DNA of 64,000 bases from a virus, in IMG/VR virus record IMGVR_UViG_3300021170_000010, positions 1 through 64,000 of that record. The stretch is one strand, 5' to 3'. Under the pieces are notes generated by a model. The model was not told the DNA's origin. It ran no database searches and saw nothing but the letters and a program-made list of their open reading frames with translations. The position numbers and the translations under genes are program-made. This document shows, in pieces, positions 1-10,124 of the stretch (the stretch's first letter is position 1; each line of letters begins with the position of its first letter).

Positions 1-1
1 G

Positions 2-553
2 CCGGGACGAGACGATAAGTTCGGATGGGGAAGGATAAATGCCTTCCGCGCGGTGTCTGCGGCGGCGGGGTCGCCAGTGCCAGCGTCCGCAGTTCCTCAA
101 CCGAAGCCTAATCCTATGCCTTCACCATTTCAACCGATCTCCATCGATGCCGGTCGAACCTCTGGCCGCGCGTGGTCTCCAGACGCGGACTTCTCCGGAG
201 GTACTCCGTGGTCAACGACTCAGGCCGTAACCGGAACGGATCAACCGGAGCTTTACCGGACGTGCCGCTACGGAGCGTTTACCTATTCTTTCACGGTTCC
301 GAACGGAAACTACGTCGTGACTCTGAAGTTCTGTGAGCCGTCGCGCTTCGGCGTCGGAGCGCGCGTCTTCAACGTGTCGATCAACGACGCGCCGGTCCTG
401 ACCGACTTCGACATCTTCGCTCAGGCCGGAAGCCTCGCGGCTCTCGACAGGTCGATCCCGGTATCGGTCTCTAACGGAGTGATTGTGATCAAATTTACTG
501 AAGGAAAGGCCGATGAACCGTTGATCTGCGCAATTCAGATCGACGCGGCTTAA
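2..553 (+). CDS. 5'-truncated protein: end of a subtilisin-like S8 peptidase domain, Pro-rich linker, malectin domain
   Basis: Frame is open from base 2: PGRDDKFGWGRINAFRAV resembles an S8 C-terminus; LYRTCRYG..F.Y...VPNGNY.V.LKF.E...GARVFNVSIN...L.DFDI is a malectin pattern. Confidence 0.75.
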   Translation, partial: PGRDDKFGWGRINAFRAVSAAAGSPVPASAVPQPKPNPMPSPFQPISIDAGRTSGRAWSPDADFSGGTPWSTTQAVTGTDQPELYRTCRYGAFTYSFTVPNGNYVVTLKFCEPSRFGVGARVFNVSINDAPVLTDFDIFAQAGSLAALDRSIPVSVSNGVIVIKFTEGKADEPLICAIQIDAA

Positions 554-566
554 GATCCAGACGAAT

Positions 567-1106
567 ATGACGGAAGAACTCCTGAATCAAATCTACGAGA
601 ACGTCGATCAGGAAGAGGGGCGCGTTCCTTGGCTCTACCGCGACAACGCGGTGGAAGGTAACGCTACCTGCGCGGCAGGCCATCTAGTGGCCTCCTATGC
701 CGTAGCGCAGGCCATTCCTTTCGATCCTCCGATAGAACCGGAGGAGTGGGAAGCGCTCATGGACGCTCCGGTCGGCATGAAGGCTTCGTTCTATCAGAAG
801 TACACGCTCGGACGTCTCACGGACCCGCAGATCGACGCGCTTCGTGACGCAGACGTCGCCGAATCGAACGAAGAACTCCGGCGGCAGTTTCCGCAGTTCG
901 ATTCCTGGCCGGACGGAGTTCAGGCCGCGCTCGTCGATATGGAGTTCAACCTCGGTCTGGAAGGTCTTCTGAAGTTCCATAAACTCATGGCCGCCCTCGA
1001 AGCCGAAGATTGGACGGTTTGCTCCCTCGAATGCCATCGGCGCGGGATCTCGGAAGAACGTAATAAATGGACGGCTACGCTTTTCCTCGGTCCAATGAAT
1101 TCATGA
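567..1106 (+). CDS. Phage lysozyme-like endolysin
   Basis: EEG...LYRD...T.A.GH N-terminus; QAALVDM.FNLG..GL.KF.K...AL C-terminus. Confidence 0.8.
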   Translation: MTEELLNQIYENVDQEEGRVPWLYRDNAVEGNATCAAGHLVASYAVAQAIPFDPPIEPEEWEALMDAPVGMKASFYQKYTLGRLTDPQIDALRDADVAESNEELRRQFPQFDSWPDGVQAALVDMEFNLGLEGLLKFHKLMAALEAEDWTVCSLECHRRGISEERNKWTATLFLGPMNS

Positions 1107-1474
1107 AGACGGCTATTTCCGGAGTTCTCCTGGTAGCCGTCGTAACGCTTTTAGCCGTTCCGATTCAGACTCCGAACCTATACACGCCGGAAGGCCGTCA
1201 GAATCAGATCATACTGAATACTTCAAAAATAGAGACTATTTCGACGCGCCAGCAGATCAACGAAGCACGCATATCCAACCTCGAATCCAGGATGACCAGT
1301 GTAGAGCAGCAGCAGGGGCCGCAGAACGTTACTATGGCCACGCTCGCGCTCAAGGTTGACGAGCTGAACGCGAAGTTCTATTGGGCTCTCGGACTTCTGA
1401 TCACTCTGTTGGTCGGATTCATCGGAAGGGTCGTCTGGGATGTAGTCGGATCAAGACCGAAAGGAGAAAAATGA
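1103..1474 (+). CDS. Membrane protein with coiled coil (holin/spanin-like lysis accessory)
   Basis: N-terminal hydrophobic segment, heptad-like middle, C-terminal TM helix; ATGA overlap with endolysin. Confidence 0.5.
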   Translation: MKTAISGVLLVAVVTLLAVPIQTPNLYTPEGRQNQIILNTSKIETISTRQQINEARISNLESRMTSVEQQQGPQNVTMATLALKVDELNAKFYWALGLLITLLVGFIGRVVWDVVGSRPKGEK

Positions 1475-1713
1475 ACATGGAACTTAAACTGAAGAAGGCA
1501 TTCGCGCGGCTCTGGGAACTGAAGCACGGGCCGAAGCACGTTTCTCTCGTCTCTCAGGCGATGTACGGCACTGACGCACCTCCGGCTGGTTCCGCGCTCG
1601 CCCGCTACCTGACGGTCCATCCTGCCGATCCTACGCTCGACGGCGACGGTGATACGGACGGCGATCAGGTGGATGATCCCAAAGATCCGCCGGAAGGTCC
1701 TGGCGGATTCTAG
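1471..1713 (+). CDS. Hypothetical protein with acidic tail
   Basis: AGGAG SD and ATGA overlap. Confidence 0.5.
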   Translation: MNMELKLKKAFARLWELKHGPKHVSLVSQAMYGTDAPPAGSALARYLTVHPADPTLDGDGDTDGDQVDDPKDPPEGPGGF

Positions 1714-1791
1714 CGATTCGGCGGTAGCCAATTCTGATAACGGCGCGGCGCCTAGGATACGGCTTACTAGTACCCTAGGTACTGCGCTAGA

Positions 1792-2070
1792 ATGTACAGA
1801 AAGCTGCTTATGACGGACAACAACCTCGGAAGCGATCCGAACGGCTGGCTCCGGCTCATAGCCGCTGGTATCCTCGGAGCCTGCGGAAAGTGGATCTGGC
1901 AGCAGCTTACGCGCGTCCGCAGACCGAACAACGGCTACTACTCGAACGCTTACGTCGTTAGTGAAATTAAGCTTATGAAAGAATCCATCGACCGGCTATC
2001 GGCTGAGATGGAAGATTCGCGAAATCGGCTCAGTCATCTCGAATCCCGCCGCGCCAGCGCCGGAGATTAA
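1792..2070 (+). CDS. Small single-TM coiled-coil protein (holin-like)
   Basis: WLRLIAAGILGACGKWIW followed by coiled coil. Confidence 0.45.
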   Translation: MYRKLLMTDNNLGSDPNGWLRLIAAGILGACGKWIWQQLTRVRRPNNGYYSNAYVVSEIKLMKESIDRLSAEMEDSRNRLSHLESRRASAGD

Positions 2071-2764
2071 GCCAAAATGCTCCGCACAGTAGAATCTGCG
2101 TGGCAAGGATCGAATCCGAAGCCGCACGCCACGCCCCGCCTCCGCCCTTCCACGTAAAGATCTCCCAGAATAATCCGCCCTTCGTAGTGCTCGCCATCAA
2201 GGCGCAGGTAAGCAGCCACGCGGTCCACAGCCAGCCGTGGCAGTCGATCTGCGCCTCCATCCGTACCGGTCGCTTCTGCGATATCCACCGCCATGCCACC
2301 AGCATCCCGACCGTCTCCGCGAGAAGCGCGTACTGAAGCGCTATCATCGCTCCCTGATACCAGTTCTCCGCTTTCCATGACGCACTGGCCACGAGCGGTA
2401 TGGCTCCGCATACTCCGGACAGGGAAAGCATCAACCATCTTTCCCTCGCGAACGTCTGCCTAAGTAGGACGCTGAAGACGTCGAACGTGGCTGCGAAGGT
2501 AAGGCCGAGTAGAAGCGAGAAGAGCGGAACCTGTATGAAGCGCGTATACCAGACGTCGCGCGGAAAGGCCGGAGCGATATTGACGGCGCTCGAAACGTAG
2601 ATGAAGACCGCGAACCAGAGAAGGTATCCGACGCGGCGCTTTAGGACTAAATAGACGAGCGAGAGTTCCGCGAGGCCGAGGAGGAAGCGGAGGACGTGGT
2701 ACTCAGGCACGGTCCCACCATCGTTGTGATATCGTAGAACCCCATTTGGACCGGCGCTTTTCAT
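2030..2764 (-). CDS. Multi-pass membrane protein
   Basis: About 7 hydrophobic segments. Confidence 0.65.
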   Translation of the reverse strand: MKSAGPNGVLRYHNDGGTVPEYHVLRFLLGLAELSLVYLVLKRRVGYLLWFAVFIYVSSAVNIAPAFPRDVWYTRFIQVPLFSLLLGLTFAATFDVFSVLLRQTFARERWLMLSLSGVCGAIPLVASASWKAENWYQGAMIALQYALLAETVGMLVAWRWISQKRPVRMEAQIDCHGWLWTAWLLTCALMASTTKGGLFWEIFTWKGGGGAWRAASDSILATQILLCGAFWLNLRRWRGGIRDD

Positions 2765-2871
2765 ATTCAGGGCGGTCCGTAAGGTAGATTAAGACTCGTC
2801 CCATAAAGTTCTGGGAAATATTAAGCGGATTTTCATACTCAAGCTGGACGAGTAACCTAGATACGATTTCA

Positions 2872-3066
2872 CTAGGGTTTATCATTTTCGAGAAGTACCT
2901 TCTGACGCAGCTCAGCCAGGACCTTCGCTACCGGTCCGCGCTTTCCGCTCAGAGCTTCCGCGTCCCACCGCTGGAAGATCTTGGCAAACGGACCGCTCCG
3001 CGCCATCTCCGCTTGCTGCCGGTCGGAATCCGCGAAGAGTTTGGCCCAGTCGGTCGGTTCGTTCAT
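2872..3066 (-). CDS. Hypothetical protein
   Basis: AGGAG SD upstream of MNEPTDW. Confidence 0.5.
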   Translation of the reverse strand: MNEPTDWAKLFADSDRQQAEMARSGPFAKIFQRWDAEALSGKRGPVAKVLAELRQKVLLENDKP

Positions 3067-3092
3067 ATCTTTACTCCTCGGCTGCGGTTCTC

Positions 3093-3417
3093 TCACTTCT
3101 CCCGCAGCTTCGCTAATACCGCGCGCATCTTGCACCGCGCATCATCGGCAAACGGGAAGCACTTGCCGCAGGCTTCCGGCGCGCGTTCTAAACAGTCCTC
3201 ACAATCCTCACAGCGGTTGCGTTGCTCGTCGAGCGCTTCGTACGCAAGGACGGCGGCGTAAAGCTCCGGAGCGACCTCAACTAGTCGTGCGTCTGCGACA
3301 GTAGTTTTACGTCCCTTCGTAATAAGCGCCTACCAGTTCGCCGTCGCTTCCGTATACGTCAGCATAGTTGATCGGGCCGATACGCCACGGACTGGGCGCG
3401 AAGTTCAAATCCTTCAT
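3093..3417 (-). pseudogene. Frameshifted phage protein of the 'PGPW...ARL..AAPEL' family
   Basis: MKDLNFAPSPWRIG..GELV continues in another frame as ALITKG..ADARLVEVAPELYAAV; length 3n+1. Confidence 0.6.
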
Positions 3418-3773
3418 ACCTCACCTCGCGCTTTCTTTATAACCTCCGTAGCCTTCTTCGCCCAGACGTCGAGTTGATTGAGCGCGGCCAGCATATTCTT
3501 CAGACGGACCGGCTCGGAGCAGAAGTCTTCGAGTTCCGCTATCGCTTCGCGCCATCCGCCTTTTAGTTGGAGCGCTTCCGTAACGAGTTCTGCGAGATCC
3601 GGAGAAGCCGTAAAGAGACGCGCCTGCTCGACTGTCTGCGCTTGCCCGAGCCACTCCGGCGTCCGGTCTTCGTCAGAAATCTCGAACGTTCCGGCCTGCA
3701 TTCCTGGAAGGTCCGCGAAGTAGTCAACATGTCGGAAGGAATACGGACCAGGATTCCACGGAGGTTCGGTCAC
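3414..3773 (-). CDS. Phage protein of the 'PGPW...ARL..AAPEL' family
   Basis: WNPGPY...ARLFTASPDL...IKKARG; paralog at 56302-56646. Confidence 0.65.
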   Translation of the reverse strand: MTEPPWNPGPYSFRHVDYFADLPGMQAGTFEISDEDRTPEWLGQAQTVEQARLFTASPDLAELVTEALQLKGGWREAIAELEDFCSEPVRLKNMLAALNQLDVWAKKATEVIKKARGEV

Positions 3774-3997
3774 GCGCTCTTCTCCGCCGCGATTCCAGCC
3801 ATCGGCTCCTGCGGTATCTCTGCCGTCTTCTTATTCTTGCTACCCGCTGGCCGTCCGGCCTTCGACGCTTGCGGAGAACCGGCGAAGCTGATCCACCGTA
3901 GCGCGGTTTCCGCCTCGCGCCTTTCGTCGGCAGTCAGCGTCTTAAAGAGAGCGTCCGCGTCGATACGGGCGCGTACGTAACGTTCTGCGTTGGTCAA
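3770..3997 (-). CDS. Small protein with an AT-hook-like GRP motif
   Basis: KAGRPAGSKNKK; GGAGG SD. Confidence 0.55.
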   Translation of the reverse strand: MTNAERYVRARIDADALFKTLTADERREAETALRWISFAGSPQASKAGRPAGSKNKKTAEIPQEPMAGIAAEKSA

Positions 3998-3999
3998 TG

Positions 4000-4078
4000 G
4001 AAGCCTCCAAACGCTAGCATAATACGAAACGTAAAAAAGGTATAGCGTTAATTTCTAAACCGTAGTATGGTAGAAAAT
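4000..4078. promoter_or_regulatory. Divergent promoter/operator region
   Basis: AT-rich gap between divergent operons; inverted repeat AACGCTA..TAGCGTT; TATGGT -10-like hexamer 7 nt before ATG 4079. Confidence 0.6.
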
Positions 4079-4243
4079 ATGCCAGAGAAGATGGCGGTCG
4101 TAAACGTAAAGGTACCGTGCGGTATCTGGAAGCGCATGAAGGTTGTCGCTATCGAGAGCGGCCTTTCCCGTATGGAAGCCGTAGCTGCTGCGTTTAAAGA
4201 ATTCACGGAACGTCGAGAGCGCAAGAACGGAGCCGCGAAATGA
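4079..4243 (+). CDS. Ribbon-helix-helix DNA-binding protein (absent from ORF track)
   Basis: MPEKMAVVNVKVPCGIWKRMKVVAIESGLSRMEAVAAAFKEF; Arc/ParG-like pattern. Confidence 0.65.
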   Translation: MPEKMAVVNVKVPCGIWKRMKVVAIESGLSRMEAVAAAFKEFTERRERKNGAAK

Positions 4244-4436
4244 CCGACGCTAAATCCTCCGATCAACTAAAGATCGAACTCCTATCCGCGAAGGTAGATC
4301 GCTTGACCGCCGCGCTCCGTCGAGCCGCTACCGTGCTAAAGCAATACGAGCACTGTCGTCATGCGAGCCGCGACTGCTTCTGCACGGCGGAAGCGCGCGA
4401 AGCCGTCCGGACGCTCGAACTAACGGGAGCACTACT

Positions 4437-4838
4437 ATGATCGACGTTTGGAATTTTCCCGCTGGCCGGGAACTGGACGCGCTTGTAGCTAATAAGGTTA
4501 TGGGGTATCAAATCCTTGGATACGCTAGCATATGGACGGATTCCGTCCGCGTAATTCGTAATGGACTAGGCGTAACGTTTCATCCGAGTGAAGATACGTC
4601 CGCAGCCTTTGATACTCAGGCCGAACTTCACCGACGTGGCTATCATATGCAGCTAAAGTCTCCGTTCCTTCCAGATTCCGACGCTGCTGAAAGCGGCCAC
4701 GTGTGGTTTTGCGGATTTACTCCTCACGGAACGTCTGGATGGAACGGACGTCCTGATTTTTTGGCTTCTGGAGAAACTCCCGCGCTCGCGATCTGCCGCG
4801 CGGCTCTTCTCGTAGCGGAGACGTGGAATGGCGATTGA
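4437..4838 (+). CDS. Phage ABA-sandwich domain protein
   Basis: ELDALVA.KVMG...F.PS.D...A...GETPALAICRAAL. Confidence 0.75.
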   Translation: MIDVWNFPAGRELDALVANKVMGYQILGYASIWTDSVRVIRNGLGVTFHPSEDTSAAFDTQAELHRRGYHMQLKSPFLPDSDAAESGHVWFCGFTPHGTSGWNGRPDFLASGETPALAICRAALLVAETWNGD

Positions 4839-5883
4839 CCAGCGAACGCGCGCGCGCGGTATCGGAGCATCAGAGATCGCGGCAATCGTAGGCCTTGACC
4901 CGCGCCGTGATGCATTTGCCGTCTACGCCGCGAAACTCGGCCTGATCAAGCAGCGCCCTTCGAACCAGCGCCAGCGTCGAGGCCACTATTTCGAGCGCGG
5001 CGTCATTGACTGGTATAGTGACGTTACCGGCCTGAAGACCGAATGGTTCGACGAAACGATCCAGCACCGCGACCGAGACTGGCAGGTCTGCACGCCAGAT
5101 GCCTGGGTAGTATCGGACCTAACGCGCCGGAGACGCATCGGCGGTGTTGACGCAAAGACGGTCGCTTGGAATCTCCGCGACGGATGGGGAGACGAAGATA
5201 ACGGAGAGGTTCCGATTACCGTAGCGCTCCAGCTTCAGTGGTCCTGCTCGACGGCGGATCTTCCGTGGTGGGATGCCGCTGCACTGTTCGGCCTGGACGA
5301 ACTTCGCACCTACCGCGTCCATCGAGACGTAGAAATCGAAGCTACGCTTCTCGAAGCCGGAGAGAGCTTCTGGAAGGATCACGTCCTCGCGCGCGTTCCG
5401 CCGCCGATTGGAAAGTCTGAAGCCGCGCAGGACTACCTTAAGCAGCGCTTTCCGCGCCAGATCGAGATGCTGCGGATGGCGACGGAGGAAGAAGAAGCGC
5501 TGATCGCGGCGTATGACGAAGCGCATGACGCCTATGAGACGGCGAAGGACCGGAAAGAGGAAACCAGCAACGCGCTGAAGCAGGCGATAGGCGAAGCCGA
5601 AGGCTTGATGTCACGGATCGGGAAGGTTACCTGGAAAAAAGACAAGGACGCGGTCGGTACTGATTGGGAGCGCATCGTATATATCCTGGTATCGGTTCCG
5701 TGCCCGATGGATCATAAGGAAGGTGACGGAACGGTGACGGACTGCTCGGTCTGCGCGGGTTCCGGATTGGCGCTTCCGGCGGATAGCATACGCAAGATCG
5801 AAGCGCTGGCGAAGCAGCATCAGAAGGTGACGCGGGAAGGCGCGCGGAAGCTCTTGCTGCCGCGCGGAAAGGCCGGAAAGTGA
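4828..5883 (+). CDS. YqaJ-like viral recombinase (lambda exonuclease family)
   Basis: R.RGIGASEIAAI.G, TPD, D.KT, Q.Q motifs; Cys-rich insertion near C-terminus. Confidence 0.9.
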   Translation: MAIDQRTRARGIGASEIAAIVGLDPRRDAFAVYAAKLGLIKQRPSNQRQRRGHYFERGVIDWYSDVTGLKTEWFDETIQHRDRDWQVCTPDAWVVSDLTRRRRIGGVDAKTVAWNLRDGWGDEDNGEVPITVALQLQWSCSTADLPWWDAAALFGLDELRTYRVHRDVEIEATLLEAGESFWKDHVLARVPPPIGKSEAAQDYLKQRFPRQIEMLRMATEEEEALIAAYDEAHDAYETAKDRKEETSNALKQAIGEAEGLMSRIGKVTWKKDKDAVGTDWERIVYILVSVPCPMDHKEGDGTVTDCSVCAGSGLALPADSIRKIEALAKQHQKVTREGARKLLLPRGKAGK

Positions 5884-6185
5884 ATAAACCCATAGTCCAT
5901 ACGCTTACGGAGTTGACGTATAGCGCCGACCGCAAGGGAGCGCTGAAGCTCTATATCTACGCTACGAATAGCGCGTATCATAACGGCGGTCATTGGTTCG
6001 AGCGTAATCCGCGCTATCCGGACGAAGAGATCAATACGGATCAGGCGCGCAAGCAGTTCGATCTCGGTATGGAGAGCAAGCGAGAAATCCGAATCTGCAA
6101 CGGTATGGACTTTCTCGTACTCCACGCAAAAGACGGCGTGATGATCTATCCTCCTACCGCAGAAGAGTTCTGGAACAGTATATGA
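5880..6185 (+). CDS. Hypothetical protein
   Basis: Coupled ORF. Confidence 0.55.
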   Translation: MNKPIVHTLTELTYSADRKGALKLYIYATNSAYHNGGHWFERNPRYPDEEINTDQARKQFDLGMESKREIRICNGMDFLVLHAKDGVMIYPPTAEEFWNSI

Positions 6186-6354
6186 GCTATATCGATATCG
6201 TATTTGACGGTCCGCCTTCGCACGAGTCCGGGCATTTCGTAGAAGTCGAAGATTCGCTAGGCCGCTCGATTTCATTAGGTGAATGGGTTCACCGCGCAGA
6301 CGGGTACTGGGCGCTACGTATGCCCGATCCAAGAATTAAGACTGGAGAGAAAGA

Positions 6355-7770
6355 ATGACGCCACGAGAATTCGGAAGAGACGAAACGGAAGTCGGCCTGA
6401 CGCGCCGTGAAGACTTCGGCGGAACGGAGTTGTCGCGTTCGCCGGAGACGTCGATGGCAGCCATGGCCGCGCAGCAGAAGGCGCTAGTCGAAGCGCGGTT
6501 CGTCGTAGCCGCGCGCTATCTTCGCCGTGACTGGATGCAGGTCCGCGTCGGAATCAATCGGCTGTGCGAGAATCCCGGCTTCGCAGCGGAAGCCCTCTAT
6601 GTAAAGCCGATGAGCAAGACGCCGGACGAATGGCAGAAGTGGAGCAAGCGCGATAAACTCCTGAACGCTCCTGAAGACTGGCCGACCGGCTTCTCGATCA
6701 GATTCGTGGAGGCCGCGATCTTCGAGGCCAAGAATATCGACGTTACTCAGAACGTTATATGGGAAGACGCGGAGGTTCGCCGCACTACCGTATGCGTCAT
6801 GGATCTCGAATCGAACGTTGCCTATTCACGGACGATCACGACGAAGAAGGTAGTCGAGCGCCGCTACGTAAAGCAGGGTCAGGAGACTCTCGGCCAGCGC
6901 GTAAACACGAACGGCCAGATCGTTCATCTGATCGAAGCGACGGACGCGGAGGTGAATCAACTCGAAGCCGCAGCGGTGTCGAAGGCCATCCGGACGCTCG
7001 GTGAAAAACTCCTTCCGCCGCAGGACAAGATCGAGTGGAAAGACCGTATCTGGGCGACGCTCGAAAAGCAAGCCGCTGAAGATCCGGACGGAGAGCGGAA
7101 GAAGCTGATCGACGCCTTTGCGGAAAAGCGTATCGATCCGAAGCATCTCGCGGAATACCTCGGCCATCCGGTCGAGCAGTCTACGCCAGCCGAGATCATT
7201 AAGCTGCGCGGAATCTATATGGTGATCGCGGAAGGCGTAGCTTCATGGGCCGACGTGATGGCCGGTCCTCCAGCGGAAGGTGAGAAGCCTACTCCCATCG
7301 CCCTGAAGATCAAGGAATCCATTGACCGCCAGCAGAAGAAGGCGGAAGCGCCGAAAGCGGCTCCGCAGGCCATTCCGGAACAGGCTAAACCTGCTGCCGA
7401 ATCCGCGAAGCAGGAAAACGGCTCCGCGCCAGCGTCTCCGGCTGGCCAGACGGCTCCGGCGCAGTCCGCTCCTGCTACGCAACCTGCCGAGACGGAGAAG
7501 CAGCCAGAGGCCGCTAAAGCGCAGGAAACGGCCAAAGCCGAACCTGCCCAGGCCGGTCCGAAGTCGATTCCGACGTATACCTCGGATAACCTGCCGACCG
7601 ACGACCTGAAAGAAGGCGAAGAGTGCTACTACAACGGGAAGCATATCCGCGCAGTTGTGCCGGAGCCGGGAGAAGCTCCGACGTGGAAGCGGATTGGGGA
7701 AGCACCGGGAGCGGATAAGCCGAAGAGCAAGGGGAAGGATCGGAACCCCGGCGCTCTCGACTTTACGTAA
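6355..7770 (+). CDS. Putative ssDNA-annealing/recombination partner of YqaJ with Ala/Pro/Glu linker
   Basis: Position next to YqaJ; globular N-domain, low-complexity linker, small C-domain; function inferred from context. Confidence 0.5.
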   Translation: MTPREFGRDETEVGLTRREDFGGTELSRSPETSMAAMAAQQKALVEARFVVAARYLRRDWMQVRVGINRLCENPGFAAEALYVKPMSKTPDEWQKWSKRDKLLNAPEDWPTGFSIRFVEAAIFEAKNIDVTQNVIWEDAEVRRTTVCVMDLESNVAYSRTITTKKVVERRYVKQGQETLGQRVNTNGQIVHLIEATDAEVNQLEAAAVSKAIRTLGEKLLPPQDKIEWKDRIWATLEKQAAEDPDGERKKLIDAFAEKRIDPKHLAEYLGHPVEQSTPAEIIKLRGIYMVIAEGVASWADVMAGPPAEGEKPTPIALKIKESIDRQQKKAEAPKAAPQAIPEQAKPAAESAKQENGSAPASPAGQTAPAQSAPATQPAETEKQPEAAKAQETAKAEPAQAGPKSIPTYTSDNLPTDDLKEGEECYYNGKHIRAVVPEPGEAPTWKRIGEAPGADKPKSKGKDRNPGALDFT

Positions 7771-7955
7771 GAAGGGGGAAACGGTTAGATGAGGAAACCC
7801 ATCGGAGATGGATCGGCGCTTCAGCGCCAGTATTCGCCGGACGACCTAAGAACGATCTGGGGATTTAGCCAGCAGGACTTCGACCGGTTCCTAGAAATCC
7901 TGTTATGGCTGGAATCCCTTCCGGGCAAACGTGAAAAGTAAAGGAGACGAAACGT

Positions 7956-8201
7956 ATGGACGAAGAACTACTTAAGATGGCGCGCGCTGGATTCCAGCAG
8001 CAGGCCAATATGATCGCGCGGAAGATCGCGGAGATCGACGCGCAGTTAAGCGGTAAGAAGCGCGGCAGACCGGCTGCGGTAAAGCCGATGGGCGTCGTGC
8101 CGAAGCGCAAGCGGAAGCTCTCGGCGGAAGCGCTGGCACGGATCTCTGCGGCGCAGAAGAAGCGCTGGGCCGCATTCTATAAGCAGAAGAAGACGGCATA
8201 G
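7956..8201 (+). CDS. Small basic nucleoid-like protein (Acidobacteria-type)
   Basis: Coiled coil + KRGRP + RKLSAEALARISAAQKKRWA. Confidence 0.65.
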   Translation: MDEELLKMARAGFQQQANMIARKIAEIDAQLSGKKRGRPAAVKPMGVVPKRKRKLSAEALARISAAQKKRWAAFYKQKKTA

Positions 8202-8320
8202 ACGGTCTGGCCTCGCAAGAGGCCCTTCCGGTCGCTTTCTGGCGGAGCAGCAAGGATGGCAAATCTCGGGGGAGGTGGTCATCCGGATTGCGCGGCCAGG
8301 AGGCGTCCAGGAGAGATTCC

Positions 8321-9721
8321 GTGTTCATCAAGCATATATCCGCGAAGTCGATCAAGGGATGGCAAGATTTCGAGACAGATCTCGCAGCCGTCAACGTGGC
8401 CGCTGGTGCCAACGGTACGAACAAGACGTCATTCTTGTCCTTGGTGACTGCCCTATTCGGTCGAGGAAATCCGCGTATGCTCCGTGCCGGAGCCGCTGAA
8501 GGCGAGATCTGCGCGGTCGTAGAAGGTGATGGCGGCGAGACGTGGAAGTTCTCGCGGACGTTCGAGCCGGGAAAGGTATCGGCAACGAAGGTCCGCAGCT
8601 CGAAGACTGGTCCTCTCGGCGCTCCGGCAACGTGGCTGAAACAGATCACGGATTCGATCAGTATCGACCCGATCAACGAAGCCATGAACGCTTCGGAGGA
8701 AAAGCAGACGCAGATCCTTCTGGAGACGGTGAAGCTGGAACTAGACGAAGCGAAGCTGATGGCAGCGGTAGCCGACGCGTCGTTCCTTACCACGCTGAAG
8801 CCGGTCGTCACGAAGGCGAAGCTGCTACCGGCTCTCGATGCCGTCAAGATGGTCGAAGACCATGTCTACGACAAGCGGACGGACCTGAACCGGGACTCGA
8901 AGATCAAGGCAACTCACGCCGGTCAACTCCGCGAATCTATCGGCACGGACGAAGAAACGGACTGGAGCGCGGAAGAGGCGCGGCTGCTATCCGAGAAAGA
9001 TGCGCGCGTATCCGAGGAAGCGGAGCAGAAGGCCGGAGCCGAACGCCAGCGCGAAGCCGTTGAGAAGGACCTGAATAAAGACGCGTGGGACAAGAAGGTC
9101 GCGGTAAACGCGGACTACGACGAACAGATTCGCGTCCTGAACGCCGCGCGCGCAGAGAAGATCGGTACCATCGAATCCAAGCTGAAGTCCGATCTAAAGA
9201 TCGTCGCTGACACGCATCAAGGATCGCTCGGCGAGATCTCCGGAGCCTTCCGCGCCGAGATCGAACGGTTAACGTCCGAGCATTCCGCTGCGAAGACGAA
9301 GGCCGCTTCTCAGATCCAGGACAAGCGTACGCGCGAGATCGCGGAGAAGGCGGAGCAGGAAGCTCTGGCGCTGAAAGACCAAGCGGACAAGCTGACGGCT
9401 TCGCTCAACGCTCTCGACTCCCTCCGCGACGACATGCTCGACCACCTTCCGATCAGCGGCCTGACGTTCGACGCGAACAAGGTGGCTCACCTGAACGGCG
9501 TCCCGCTATCGGAAGTCAACACGCAGGCGCGCGCTCAGTTCTGGCTCCGGGTGGCGGCTATGCGCGCGGGAGAATTCGGCGTTGTCTGCTGCGACGGCCT
9601 TGAGTGCTTTGACGACGCGCACTTCGCGTCTCTCGTTGAAGCGGCGAAGCAGACCGGCCTTCAGTGGTTCCTGGGACGGGTTGACTCGAAGGAATTCCGG
9701 ATCGAGAAGGTAGAAGCGTGA
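8321..9721 (+). CDS. SbcC/Rad50-like coiled-coil ATPase
   Basis: Walker A-like GANGTNKTS, long coiled coil, Walker B-like VVCCDGLE.FD. Confidence 0.8.
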   Translation: MFIKHISAKSIKGWQDFETDLAAVNVAAGANGTNKTSFLSLVTALFGRGNPRMLRAGAAEGEICAVVEGDGGETWKFSRTFEPGKVSATKVRSSKTGPLGAPATWLKQITDSISIDPINEAMNASEEKQTQILLETVKLELDEAKLMAAVADASFLTTLKPVVTKAKLLPALDAVKMVEDHVYDKRTDLNRDSKIKATHAGQLRESIGTDEETDWSAEEARLLSEKDARVSEEAEQKAGAERQREAVEKDLNKDAWDKKVAVNADYDEQIRVLNAARAEKIGTIESKLKSDLKIVADTHQGSLGEISGAFRAEIERLTSEHSAAKTKAASQIQDKRTREIAEKAEQEALALKDQADKLTASLNALDSLRDDMLDHLPISGLTFDANKVAHLNGVPLSEVNTQARAQFWLRVAAMRAGEFGVVCCDGLECFDDAHFASLVEAAKQTGLQWFLGRVDSKEFRIEKVEA

Positions 9722-10124
9722 AGACTACGCGCGGTCCACAACGCCGTCCGCCGCATCGGTACATTCCGCTCGCCGGAGACGATGACCGGTAGGTTCATGA
9801 AGGAATGTACCGCGACCGGAAAGCTGAAGCGCTCGATGCCGCGTTCCTCAAAGCGGAGCAGGACGAATCGGAGCGCGATCAAACCGGAGCCGTCCGCATC
9901 CTTATAGCCGACGGCAAACTCGGTCCGGATGCTACGGAACGGGAGCGGCGCTTCGTCGCTATACGCGAAGCCGTAGCGCGAAGGAAGGGTAAGCCTTGAA
10001 GCAGCAGCCGGATACGTTCTGCCCGATTTGCAAGAGTACGCTAGTCCATAAAGGAATGGATTGCCCGAATCCTCGGTGTCCGAACCACGACGCGCCGAAG
10101 CGCAAAAGAACCGGAGAACCCAAG

